DNA of 64,000 nucleotides from NCBI GenBank assembly GCA_051362555.1, contig CM120649.1, positions 15,452,567-15,516,566 on the forward strand, written 5' to 3'. The notes beneath the pieces are model-generated. The model searched no databases. It was not told the DNA's origin and saw only the letters and a list, made by a program, of their open reading frames with translations. This DNA is from Lingula anatina (Eukaryota; Animalia; Brachiopoda). This document shows, piece by piece, positions 17,483 to 32,264 of this stretch. A program made the translations under genes and the position numbers. Numbering within the stretch: position 1 is the first letter of the stretch; each line of letters begins with the position of its first letter.

Positions 17483-20400
17483 TCAATCACTGTCAGCACT
17501 TTCCTTTTTGTGTTTCTTTTTCTTCTTCTTTTTCTTTTCAGATTTCTCCTGAAAACATACCACAATGCTTAATAATCTTTTTTACACATTAAAATGTGAC
17601 ATTTGAATCCTTAACTTGGCTGTAGTTAAAGGAAATCAAAAAGTTTTCAAACTTGATTCCAATTCCCCTGCATGTTTTGCAACACGGAAATTAAAACATT
17701 TTGATGCAAGCTGCAAATACATTGGCTTCCAAAATGTTAAAATATATTTTTTTTAATTAATTTGCGATCTATCAATAATTTATTTAAAAAAAAAAAAAAA
17801 AAAAAACTGTCAGAGCACTCACCACATCTGGTTCTTCTGCACTCTCTTTCTTTTTCTTCTTCTTTTTCTTCTCACTGCTTGGAGTGGCTGGAGCAGGGGT
17901 GGCAGGAGCACTCTCGTCTGAACTACTGCTGGAACTGTGCCTCCTCTGAAAGTACAGAAAAATGAGCTAATTTCTTTTCTCTGGCCGCATTTCTTACTAA
18001 TTTTTAAAACCTGGAAATTAAATAAAGATAAAATATTCCAAATGATCAGTATTTCTTCACAAATCCATTCTGATATGATATGTATCATGATTGTCAGCAA
18101 GGAACTGTCACCAGAGGGCAGCCCTACTGCTAACATCCAAGAAGTTCCTGTTTCCCCATATTCGGGCTGCTCAGTGCAATATGAAATGCAAGAGCTGGGG
18201 CTATGGGGAGCTTCTGGTTCCACAAATCATAACTAGAGGATCAGAGAGGCGATACCGCCTCCGAATATTGTACCACCAGCTGGAGCAAGCGCATTCGTAT
18301 AGACCCCCACATACACAAAATAAGGGACACAGCCACCAGTTTTGTGCTTGACAAGCTGTAAAAATGCAATCAACAAGAATTTTTAAACTTTTGCAAAAAA
18401 TATATATGGTACAATCAAATTTAAGTTCTTCGTAAGATAGGTCAAGGGTCAATTTCAAGGTCACAGTAAATTGCCAGTATATGACTTCCTATTCAAGTTC
18501 AAGAGTAACTATGGACCTATCTCTGCCAGTTTTGGAGATAAAAGGGAAGCAAAATTTGCAAAGTTCAGTTTATGGTGAAAAGTAGGTCAAAGGTCAATTT
18601 TAAGGTCACATTTAGATTGCCAGTATATGACTTTCTATGTAAGTTCAATAGTAACTACGGACCTATCTCAGCCAGTTTTGGAGATAAAAGAAAAGCAAAA
18701 TTTGCAAAATTCAGTTCATGGTGTAAAGAAGGTCAAAGGTCAATTTTAAGGTCACATTTTGATTGCCAGTATATGACTTCCTATTCAAGTTCAATAGTAA
18801 CTATGGACCTATCTCTGCCAGTTTTGGAGATAAAAGGGAAGAAAAATTTGCAAAGTTCAGTTCATGGTGAAAAGTAGGTCAAAGGTCAATTTTAAGATCA
18901 CATTTAGATTGCCAGTATATGACTTCCTATTCAAGTTCAATAGTAACTATGGACCTATCTCTGCCAGTTTTGGAGATAAAAGGAAAGCAAAATTTGCAAA
19001 GTTCAATTCATGGTGAAAAGTAGGTCAAAGGTCAATTTTAAGGTCACATATAGATTGCCAGTATATGACTTCCTATTCAAGTTAAATAGTAACTACGGAC
19101 CTATCTCTGCCAGTTTTGGAGATAAAAGGAAAGCAAAATTTGCAAAGTTCAATTCATGGTGAAAAGTAGGTCAAAGGTCAATTTTAAGGTCACATATAGA
19201 TTGCCAGTATATGACTTCCTATTCAAGTTCAATAGTAACTACGGACCTATCTCAGCCAGTTTTGGAGATAAAAGGAAAGCAAAATTTGCAAAGTTCAATT
19301 CATGGTGAAAAGTAGGTCAAAGGTCAATTTCAAGGTCACATTTAGATTGCCAGTATATGACTTTCTATTCAAGTTCAATAGTAACTACGGACCTATCTCA
19401 GCCAGTTTTGGAGATAAAAGAAAAGCAAAATTTGCAAAGTTCAGTTCATGGTGTAAAGTAGGTCAAAGGTCAGTTTTAAGGTCACATTTAGATTGCCAGT
19501 ATATGACTTCCTATTCAAGTTCAATAGTAACTATGGACCTATCTCTGCCAGTTTTGGAGATAAAAGGAAAGCAAAATTTGCAAAGTTCAATTCATGGTGA
19601 AAAGTAGGTCAAAGGTCAATTTTAAGGTCACATATAGATTGCCAGTATATGACTTCCTATTCAAGTTCAATAGTAACTATGGACCTATCTCTGCCAGTTT
19701 TGGAGATAAAAGGAAAGCAAAATTTGCAAAGTTCAATTCATGGTGAAAAGTAGGTCAAAGGTCAATTTCAAGGTCACATTTAGATTGCCAGTATATGACT
19801 TTCTATTCAAGTTCAAGAGTAACTATGGACCTATCTCAGACAGTTTTGGAGATAAAAGAAAAGCAAAATTTGCAAAATTCAGTTCATGGTGAAAAGTAGG
19901 TCAAAGGTCAATTTTAAGATCACATTTAGATTGCCAGTATATGACTTCCTATTCAAGTTCAATAGTAACTATGGACCTATCTCTGCCAGTTTTGGAGATA
20001 AAAGGGAAGCAAAATTTGCAAAGTTCAGTTCATGGTGAAAAGTAGGTCAAAGGTCAATTTCAAGGTCACAGTAAGATAGCCAGTATATGACTTCCTATTC
20101 AAGTTCAATAGTAACTATGGACCTATCTCTGCCAGTTTTGGAGATATAAGGGACTAAATGTTATAATTTTGGAGTTACCATAATGTGCCTTAAATTTCGT
20201 ACAGAAAAAATTAATTAAAATAAAGAAAATGTCCTTTTTGTCAAAATTCTTGAAATAGGAGGTGCTCTGAAGTTTCAGAAGTTCAAATTTGATGAAATAA
20301 TGTCATTTTTGACCACAAGTTGTCTGCCTCGCCAAGCCTTATGTTTTACTTTCCCGGGGTTCAAAATTTACTATCCATTACCGTTCTGCACATTTTGCTT

Positions 20401-23400
20401 TCACCACCACTATGTACTTTTTGATACAGCGTAACTCGAAAACCGTACGTAATACAAAAATACGGAGACCACCTCCAGTGTTGGGCTTTACATGCTCTAC
20501 AAAATGCAAAAAAGAATGGGTCTCTAGCATTAACGGTTCCCGAATTAGAGACAGTTTTCAGTTTCGGAATCTTATGGCCCCTACTCCTGTGAAAATGCAC
20601 TGATTGACCCCAAACTCACGGAGATGAAAGATGACCTAAAGGGTAACACCTGCCAATAATATTATAGGTTAGGTCTGTGTAGTTTCTGAATATCAGAGCA
20701 AATAATTTTTTTTTTTGTGAAAAATTTCGTTTTTTTGAAAATTTTGGCCTGTTTGACCTTGAAATAAAGGTCAAAGGTCAAATCCAAGGGCATATTTGAA
20801 ATCTACACATATGACTTTTGGTCAGCCGTCTATAGAAATTTTTCCCATAATTCCTTCTGTAGGGTAGATAATTAGCATTTAATTTTGCCATTTTTGGACA
20901 AGGGTGCATTGCAATGAGTGCCACACTACCCCAATAAGATAATAGACCCCAATACCGACAAAGCCCAAATTTTACGTGGAACGAGTTGAGATTATAGGTG
21001 ACCTAAATCCAAGAGATGGGTATGGAGGCCCTTACCGTCTAGGAGGAGAAGCGGTAACGGTGACATGGCGGCGGAGCCGCAGGAGCCGGCGGAGCCAGCG
21101 GAACATACGGGTCGGGACTAAAACCATGGGTACCGCCAGCGCCTACGCTGGTGGTACAATTATACTATGTTGAGTTTGTTGATGTAACTAAAACTAGAGA
21201 ACCTATAACAAATGAACTTGCGAAGACACAGAAACAAGTCAGAACTTTTACTCTCGAGTTTGTGTTAAATAATAATAACGAAATTAATAGTGAAAAAAAA
21301 ATTGTTAATAATAATCTATGGTATAAAAACAAATTTGTTCCTGACACAATCTTACCTTTTCAGCTTTGGCACCACTGCTCTCTTGGACTCCCATGGGAGT
21401 TCCTGCGTCACCTCCCCCATCAACTACTTTCTTAGGGGTGCTGGAAAAAAAATTCAATCAATCATCAATTCATATCTTAAGAATTACATTTTTGCTGAAA
21501 GAAGACCGAGTACTTTCTGAGAATATTCTGTCTCTCCCACACATCTGCAAATCCACACATCTCAAGGCTCAACTGGCTCAACTTGGTTTTTTACTTAAAA
21601 ATAACAAGCGAAAGTTGAATATTCAAAGACAAATGTTCTTGGTTTTCAGCACAAGACAGCCACCAGAGGGCAGTCCTGTTTCCTATATCCAAGAGGTTCC
21701 TATTTCCCCGTATTTGGGCTGCTCAGTGCAATAGTGTGTACAAGAGCTGTGGCAATGGGGAACACAGATGTATTTATTAATGAAATTTTAATTGAACCCC
21801 CAAAATAAATAAATAAATAAATAACCAATTTTAAGTTTCAGACACATACCCAAATCTGACTTGCTCTCTTCACCTAAAATGTCCATCCTCATCCTGACAT
21901 GCGATAAAAAGCTAAAAAAAATTCTAGGTAAAAATATCCGTTATTTTAAAACTGACCTGTAATCCACATAGGTATTCTGCCAGTCCTGAGGAGTCCTTTC
22001 ATTAGGTTTACCATGCTCTGTTAACAGACCTTCTTTTATCATCTTTTTCTTTGCCAAAGCCTAGAAAATATTTTAAAAATAATCAGATTCATGGGAAAAC
22101 TTGTATTTGCTTACTTGTGGAATGTTTTTCAGACAACTTTGTATAAATAAGTCAACTGATCAAAGATATTGATTTTTTTTTTCTGTCCCAAGACTCAAGC
22201 AAACTCCCTGTCAAAACTTTTACTTCCTAATTTAAAGTCAACTATGAAAATCTCATAATTTTGACATTTCTCGAAAATATATTGATGAAGCTTCTTCCAA
22301 AAATTTTCATTTTCATAATAGAGCAATCAGTTAAACTTTTTAAAATAATGTTTCTTGGTCTTCAGCACAAGACAGCCACCAGAGGGCAGTCCTGTTTCCT
22401 ATATCCAAGAGGTTCTTATTTCCCCGTATTTGGGCTGCTCAATGCAATAGTGTGTACAAGAGCTGTGGCAATGGGGAACATGCACGTTACAGAAAAATAA
22501 ATAATTAATTTTGAAAAAGACCCGTCTATTTATCCAAAGACACAACTTATCATTTGCTATCTTAACTTTCTAGAATAATGGTTTTTACTCATTTATCCAT
22601 TTCTCTCTTCTTTCTTTTTCAATTCATGATCAAAATATAACACAATTCATCTGATAGTTCATCTTGGGGGGGGGGGGGGGTGACACCTAGGCAAGTGTCC
22701 ACACTATAATCTTATCCTCTCACCTTTGGTCCCAGTCCCCACTTCCTGGGGTATGTGTCTCTTTCCATGATAACTCGCTTCAGTTTTGCAACCACACCAT
22801 GGTCGCATGTCGCCATGACAGCTGTCGTCATCTGTGCTATGGCTGGAATATTTGGAAATCGTATCATCAATAAGTATATATTCACATAGCAATTTCAAAA
22901 CTATCCCTTCATGCCCCCCCCCCCCCCCCCCCCCCCAAATGTCATCTGGAAATAACTGTGAAAATCTTTGATATCAACTTTGATATGGTTTATCAGATTG
23001 GATCATTACTCTGCCACTGTGTTGTTTTCCCTTTGTCAAAACTTTCCAAAACTGGATCAGAAAGTTATTTCACATTTGGCCAAAACTGATGGACACTCAA
23101 ATCACTTTTTAGTAAGCCAAGATAGTTGTCCATACCTAAAGCAACAGCCTCTCCTTTTGTGGTGACTATTACGATCTCGTCGTTAATCTCTATGCCATCT
23201 TCATACCTCAGCACCCCGGGTAACATGATCTTGGCACCATAACATACAGCATTGATCTACAGGGTGCAACAAAAGAAAGAGATGGTTAATTCACTATTAA
23301 ATGTGAACACCTTCACAATCATCTTTGCAAGAGATAATATGTGCAAAATGTATAAAATATTTAATTAAATACATGTGGATGATGTGGGTTTATTCTGTTT

Positions 23401-26400
23401 AGTTCTATATGTGTTGAAAACTTTTTCTTTTTGCTACTTGATTTAACTAGTTAAAAATAGACCTAATCTTTCTAACAAAAGTAAATTTAATATAATTTCT
23501 CAATCATACCAGAAATAATTACAATTTTATCAGTGGCAACCCCCCCCCCCCCAAAAAAAAGTTGAAACCAATCAAAGTTTCAACTGTTATACACATATAA
23601 TACACATAAAAGGTATCCAAGCATTACACAGAGCTGATGTGTCACTGAGGTGACCAAATTGTTAATTTTTTTGTGGAGTGACAAGCAAACAGACGTGCAC
23701 AAGACGACTTACAGCACTGTCTTTGAGGACAATTCTTTTATGTGACACCAGCAATGCCTCGAGGGGTTTGATTACTCGTCGCAAGTACGACTCGTCTTTG
23801 TTGTGGTCAAACTGCCACTGGGCGTCCAGGACATCGTGCATGGTCACCAAGCCCTCCTGTAACAAGGGATTTCAATTATTAAGATAATTTCATCTTCAAA
23901 TTCGAAAAACGCAAATTGTGCATTACTATCAGTGATCAGAAATGCCTGCTGACACCAGCAGTTGCGTATCATGAGCAAACAAAGTGAAATGGATCAATAT
24001 CAAAGCATCACTGTTAAATACTAAATGCAAATGTGAACTCCATAGTTAATCATGAAAATAAGATCTTTTTGCCTGTGAGAAAAACAACATCCATGCGTTC
24101 CCCTTTTGAGTCAAGACAAACCTTTTCTGACTGTATCCCCGACCGCACACGCCGCAACTCCTGCATCTGTCCGCCTACGCCGAGCAGTAGCCCCAGGTGC
24201 ACGCACAGGGTTCTGATGTACGTGCCAGCCTCGCAGCTCACCCAAAATATTCCTGGGCAAACATGAAGACATGCACATAACGTGGTGTTTGAACATTTTT
24301 TTTGGGTTGCTTTTAGTTATTTTATTGAACTATTTTGCATATATTTGTGTTGCTTTAAGTTTCAAACTTTCATTGTTGTTAACAGCTTAACAGGTCACTG
24401 GACCAAGCTACCTGATAGGTACTTGTTCACTAAAAGAGGACATATCAAAATATCAATTTTAAAATGACTAAACATAAATCATTTTAGAAAAACTTAATGT
24501 ACTGTTTCCATTCACGATTACTCACCCATATTTCTCTCTTTATCTATCTCTATCATTTTACTTTCATACACTGTGCGGACCCTAAGCTGCCGTTTTACCG
24601 CTGAGATCAGTGGCGGCCTCTGGAAAAGGGCACCTGTCAGCTGGTTCTCTATGATCTGGAGGAAAAAAAATGAAAAAGTGGTTGGCACATTATGTTTTTC
24701 AAATAAATGTGGCAAACTTGCCATTCATATTGCTTGTGACACTACTCATCCAGATGACTCAATACATTTAGTCCTGATTTTTTAAAAATTACTTTTATGG
24801 CTCCAACATCTTTCTTAGTGAGATACTCAGCATTATTTAATGAAAAATGAATGAAATAATCAAACATTTTTTTAAACTGAAGTTAGAAATTGGTCAAATA
24901 TTTAACACATTTCAAGTTTTGAGCAGAGCTCAAAGTTCCTTTCACTCTCTTAAAAAAAAAAAAAAAAAATTCAAAGTCTAAATATGCCTTCAATTACCAA
25001 CCTGTGTAATTTTTTTCTCGTCATCACAGGCACTGTGGAGTCTGTACATACACACATACTCCTTCCCTGCACCTTGCTGGGACTTCACGAGCCTCGTTGC
25101 ACGCTCCACACACACGATCAAGCACCCAGTGACCTTGGGGTCTAACGTCCCACTGTGGCCAGTCTTCTCCACCCGAAGGATCCGTTTAATCCAAGCCACA
25201 ACTTCATGAGAGGAGGGGTTGGCTGGCTTGTCCAGGTTGATGAAACCAGCTCTGCGAGAGAAATCAGAAATGTAAGAATACTGTAATCTAATCAAACACA
25301 GTGTTCAGAAATGGCATTCTTAGACAATTTTCATTTGAAGAAACTTTCTCCTCCAAGCTCTCAGAAAAAAATTAGAGTGTAAGAGTTATACTATCACAGA
25401 AATCAAAACTTGTTTTTCATCACAGAGCATAAAGAATCGACCGAGTTGTTAAAGTAAAAACTTTCTTTCCTATAGTTCTTTCATACTGCCTGCTATGAAT
25501 ACATTGTCAATATGTCTAAAGAAACTTATCTGACAGAGCAGACCAAGGTATATTAGAACTTACTTGACATAGTCTTCAATTGGTCTTTTGAGAGGGGAGC
25601 ATCCACTTGCTATAGGGGTGTAGTGGCCTGTTCTGATGTTTAGTTTATCAAAGTTCTGAAAGATAAGATAATATAACATTATTATTTTTTCAATGAACAT
25701 AATACTACCTATAGAAACAAATAGTACATACTACATCCCTTGACCTTGACTTCCCCCAGTAATTCAAGGTATTCAATCAGTTTGGATCAATCTAATGACA
25801 ACTGATAAAGTATCAAGTCCAATAACCGTATTATCTTTGGTTGATAAACTTACTTTCAGTAATAATGGCCACTGTGATGTGTCTAATTTTCCTACTGCTT
25901 TAGAAGGCTGGATTGTAAAAGACTCAGAATGCTGGACTTCCTGTAACAAAATATACATTAACTGAAAATTTTTATTAGTAACAAATATCATTTAAGCAAT
26001 ATAATATATGAAAAATAAATTTATTGCATTCAAAAAAACTGCAGCACTGAAAAATAAGCAAATAGCAAATTAGCAAACTCTATTGACCTATTTGTATTAC
26101 TGAGTATTATATTTTCAGACACATTTTAGAGGTCAATAAATCAACACATGAATTTATAAGAACTGACCCCAAGATCCACATGCTTCTTCTTTTTCTTCTT
26201 TTCTGAAATTGTAAAAATAATTTTAGAAAAACGAAAAAAAAAAAAACAATCTCACAAACGATGCTTTATAAAGTTTAATGTTACATCTACCATATCTTTT
26301 TCAAAAACTTGAGAGTATTGTGTCAAATGGGTTTTGACATCGGTCCACCACAATGGAAGTTTCGTGCAAGAACCAAACAACTTCCAAAATGACTTGATGA

Positions 26401-26805
26401 GGGCCGGCCGGCAGAATTTAAAAATAAATATGTTGTAACTTATGTTTTAAAAGAACTGACAAGAGCCTTACTTTTGGCAGAATGAAAATACAATAACAAG
26501 ACATCAGTAAAATTATCATCATATTTAAAAAATTGCTCGATTGTGGGATTACTAGCTAACTTATACACGGTGTACTCTGTCTCGAGCATTTTACAAACAG
26601 ACACACGTGGTTCGGAGCACGAGCTTTCATGCAGAGGCCCCTCTTACTTTATCTTGACCCTAAGCCATAGATGAATATTACTGATTTTCAACGCACTGAA
26701 GCAGGCAATAGTATTATGAGCGTCATATACCATCTACAGTATTCTTGTGATGCTTTATTTTTATTAAACTGTAATTAAAACGTGCTTACCCACGCTGTCC
26801 GCCAT
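17483..26805 (-). CDS. DKC1: H/ACA ribonucleoprotein complex subunit DKC1 (dyskerin/Cbf5 pseudouridine synthase), 14 coding exons
   Basis: Exon 1 MADSV (ATG at 26805). Later exons give [52 protein letters not shown] (catalytic Asp motif), [35 protein letters not shown], the PUA region [23 protein letters not shown], and a lysine-rich tail ending TGA at 17483. Confidence 0.97.
18078..18210 (-). ncRNA. Intronic H/ACA snoRNA, diverged paralog of the SNORA65/snR34-like family
   Basis: Alignable with the copies at 21631 and 22346. Hairpin (CCCCAT..ATGGGG), H box ACAGGA, second hairpin, ACA 3 nt from the end. Guide strands are mutated. Confidence 0.7.
18231..21160 (-). mobile_element. Non-autonomous Helentron-associated element (HINE/DINE-1-like) with central satellite array, in a DKC1 intron
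   Basis: 14-bp subterminal inverted repeats ATTGTACCACCAGC (18267-18280) / GCTGGTGGTACAAT (21147-21160). Terminal palindrome 21130-21157, GGAGCC-type microsatellite ~21068-21100, stem-loop GAGGCG-atac-CGCCTC near 18246-18261, and a minus-strand end ...CTAGTT. Confidence 0.75.
18420..20150. repeat. 146-bp tandem satellite, ~12 copies
   Basis: GGTCAAAGGTCA recurs at 18585, 18731, 18877, 19023, 19169, 19315, 19461, 19607, 19753, 19899 and 20045 (period 146); monomers are nearly identical. Confidence 0.97.
21631..21763 (-). ncRNA. Intronic H/ACA snoRNA, SNORA65(U65)/snR34-like
   Basis: Hairpin, H box ATAGGA, hairpin, ACATTT. The 5' pocket (UGCCAC/GCC) pairs with LSU rRNA GGC-U-U-GUGGCA; the 3' pocket (AUAGGAA/GCUGA) pairs with UCGGC-U-C-UUCCUAU. 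Pockets lie 14-16 nt from the boxes. Confidence 0.88.
22346..22479 (-). ncRNA. Intronic H/ACA snoRNA, SNORA65(U65)/snR34-like
   Basis: Near-identical to 21631-21763. H box ATAAGA, terminal ACATTA, same two guide pockets. Confidence 0.88.
25357..25428 (-). ncRNA. Intronic C/D box snoRNA antisense to 18S rRNA
   Basis: Minus strand reads GCTC-T-GTGATGA (box C)...ACACTCTAATTTTTTT-CTGA (box D)-GAGC, with a 4-bp terminal stem and a 15-nt complement to the conserved 18S segment AAAAAAUUAGAGUGU next to box D. Confidence 0.85.
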
Positions 26806-27078
26806 CTTCCACGTGCAGTACACTCGCGCATGCGTAAAAGCATATAACACTGGACGGTGCAGAGTGAAAGAAAACGACCGAATTATCTTTTATTAGTAGG
26901 TGTGATTATTAGATGCAGTTTGGTTGTAAAAATGAGATACACAAGAAGAATGTATTTTATCAACGTAAAAATTGTAACTTTTAATCCCAAAATTTTGTGC
27001 CATTATATTTTGTCCATTTCGGCATTAACACAATTCCATATTTTAGGGCATCAAGATGTCTTAACGTTTGTTTACATC
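26806..27078. promoter_or_regulatory. Bidirectional promoter region DKC1/CFAP300
   Basis: Only 273 bp separate the two divergent ATGs. E-box CACGTG at 26810, NRF1-like GCGCATGCG near 26826, and YY1-like AAGATGGCGG overlapping the DKC1 start. Confidence 0.65.
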
Positions 27079-29920
<2,842 letters not shown>

Positions 29921-32264
29921 AAAGTACTGTTCAAAGGTCACAGGTCAGAAGGTCAAAGGTTACGAGGTCAGAGTTCAAAGGCAGCAAGGAGAGGAAAGAA
30001 ACAAGGGTTCTGATGCCGTATTTGACAATTTCTTTTTCTGCTTTGCTGTTAAAAATCCATCATATCCAATCTCATCGACAGATCACTGGAATCATGCTTG
30101 CATTTGATATATTTTTAGGAAAAAAATTAAAATTGCTTCGGCTAAAGCATTCATTTGAGTTATATCAAATGCATTGATGGTAAGCAGTTAAATTGGTTGA
30201 AACTGAACAAAATACATTTTCTTCTCAATCAAAGAAAAGAAAGGCAGCATTTAGCTGATCCCATTTCTGATTTTAAGTCTGAAAGTTATGATTTTTTTTT
30301 CATCATGGGATGTAGAAATTACTCTTAATTAAGTGCACTGCTCTTAGTTTTAAGATTTTTTGTGAAATATGTCAGTTTGTGATACACAGCAGACCCTGCA
30401 CGACTCAAGACCCTTTAACATTGGTTATTTTGTATCATGAATGTATCTTATGGGAAGTATTTCCCCCTTTAGTATTATCTGAGGATCAATCCAATCTTGC
30501 CTCACTTGAACCTAGAACCCAAAATATATGTTTTCTATCCTAGCTTGAACCTTCACATTACTTGAACAAATGTTAAAAATGATTTTAAAGTCTCTATTTT
30601 TAACTTACCTTTTTAAAAAATTTACGTTTAATGGCTTTCATCTTCTTTTTTGATTTCAGAAGTTTTGAGTAATAGTTTTATACCTTCATGCTAATTTTAA
30701 AAGAAAGTTTGTTGGAATTTTTTAATTGCATAGTGCATAATATTACATTGCTAAGTATTAAGTGCATCAGAATAAAATACAATGTAATGCACTATACAAA
30801 TATTGTAAGTGATAGATACAATACGAGTCGCCGAGCTGTACGTGAAATATTAAGAGTGTATTGGTGTTGTATGTGGCTTAAACCACGGCCTCTGATTGGC
30901 TACTACACTAGTGCTGCAACAGAATGTGGAATGCACTCGTACATGATGTGCTTGTATGTCAAATACAGCTCGGTCGAGTCTTTTGTTCTACGCGCTAGTC
31001 GTGGTTTAATAATAAATATTATGAATATTACATTTTCCAGTCCCAAGAGGTAAGAGTTGTGCAGAGGAAACTGAAATTTTATTGTACATTTGAACACACA
31101 CATCACATTAATGTTTTTACAGAGATTCTGTAATTATGTTGTTATAATAAAAGTTGTTTTCATTTGAATTTCAGGCGCATTTCTACCATTTATCTGCAAA
31201 ATATTAAATAAGCCAGATTTAAAAAAAAAGGTACTCATTTTTGTTTTGCTGAGACCCTTTACTGTGCAGTTTCAGTCTTTCAATGAGATTCATGAAAAGA
31301 AAATAAATAAAGTAAAACTAATACTGATAAAGGAAAACCCCAATTAATAAAGGAAAACTAGTACTAATAAAGGAAAACCCCAATTCAAAAGACAACAATC
31401 ACATCTTGTGGTCGTATGTTTTACTTTTCACTTCACGTAACCTGCATATATCTCTTTAATATGTTACATCCAACTGAAGTAAAGCAATTATTAAGTGATT
31501 TAATGATAAAAGTCTATAGACTGCTGAAATGCTATAGTACAAAGACTATTATCAGTTTTGAACAAAAATGCAGTTTTAGATGTTATAGTTTGTATTTGTT
31601 ATAACATACAGAGTTATTTCAAAACTTTCCAACTGCATTATTACTAACTCCACCAGTCTACATCGACTTAGTGTACAAAGAGCTACCTTTGAAAATTTTT
31701 AGCCACCTTTAGTTAATGGGTGGGTGATTTTCTCCAAAGGTTTATCACCTCTTGTGCAAGGTGCCGCCTTTGGACACTTGATTAAGACACCTTCAGCAAA
31801 CCAGTGTCTCCAAAGGGAGTGAATGTTATTGGTCCTTGTCTCCAAACTTCACCATCTCCTGTACGGAAGCATATTGGGACAGGGGACCTGCACTGCCCAA
31901 TGCCCCTTTAAGTACCTGGTGCTGTTCCTAAAGTGATCTAGATCACTATCAGTTTGGAGTAGGCATCACCACTTCATTTCCAGAAGTAGGTCTATGGTCT
32001 CATTCCTTTCCAGGGCCTAGCAATTAAATCTTGGAGTCGAGATTTAATCCATTTAATGGCACATGAGGTGGGGAAACCCTCAGGGTATAAGGGGCTTGCT
32101 TTTAAGTGGGATCAGCCATATTTAGTCCCTGGATCATCTGTTCTGAATGCGGCCTATGGCTTTTACAGGCCTGCACGGTTCCACCATATTTTCTCCTTGC
32201 TCCTAGTGTGTATCTTGGTGCCTCTTACAAGATACTCCATAATCCTCATAGTTTAAGATAAGCA

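Noticed and set aside
17101-17592. 163-aa Phe/Ser-rich + strand ORF
   Set aside because: It is the antisense shadow of the lysine-rich last exon and purine-rich 3' UTR of DKC1.
18420-20150. Regular array resembling a CRISPR locus; ORFs at 18572 and 19302
   Set aside because: Whole monomers repeat with no unique spacers, there are no cas genes, and the context is a eukaryotic intron. The ORFs are repeat artefacts.
21631-22479. Calling the DKC1 intronic H/ACA RNAs SNORA36 or SNORA56, as in vertebrates
   Set aside because: The guide pockets match LSU rRNA sites of snR34/SNORA65, not the 18S sites, and the sequence does not resemble SNORA36 as I recall it.
23930-24013. Possible extra C/D snoRNA in a DKC1 intron (CAGTGAT...ATCACTG stem, CTGA)
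   Set aside because: Box C is imperfect (GTGATGC) and overlaps the stem, and I found no rRNA complementarity.
30795-31030. Imperfect palindromic segment (GAGTCGCCGAGCTGTA / TACAGCTCGGTCGAGTC) as a structured ncRNA
   Set aside because: More consistent with a decayed MITE; no RNA-family motifs.
31070-31155. Overlapping convergent 3' UTRs of CFAP300 and INTS4 from opposed AATAAA signals
   Set aside because: AATAAA is frequent in AT-rich DNA; this cannot be supported without 3'-end data.
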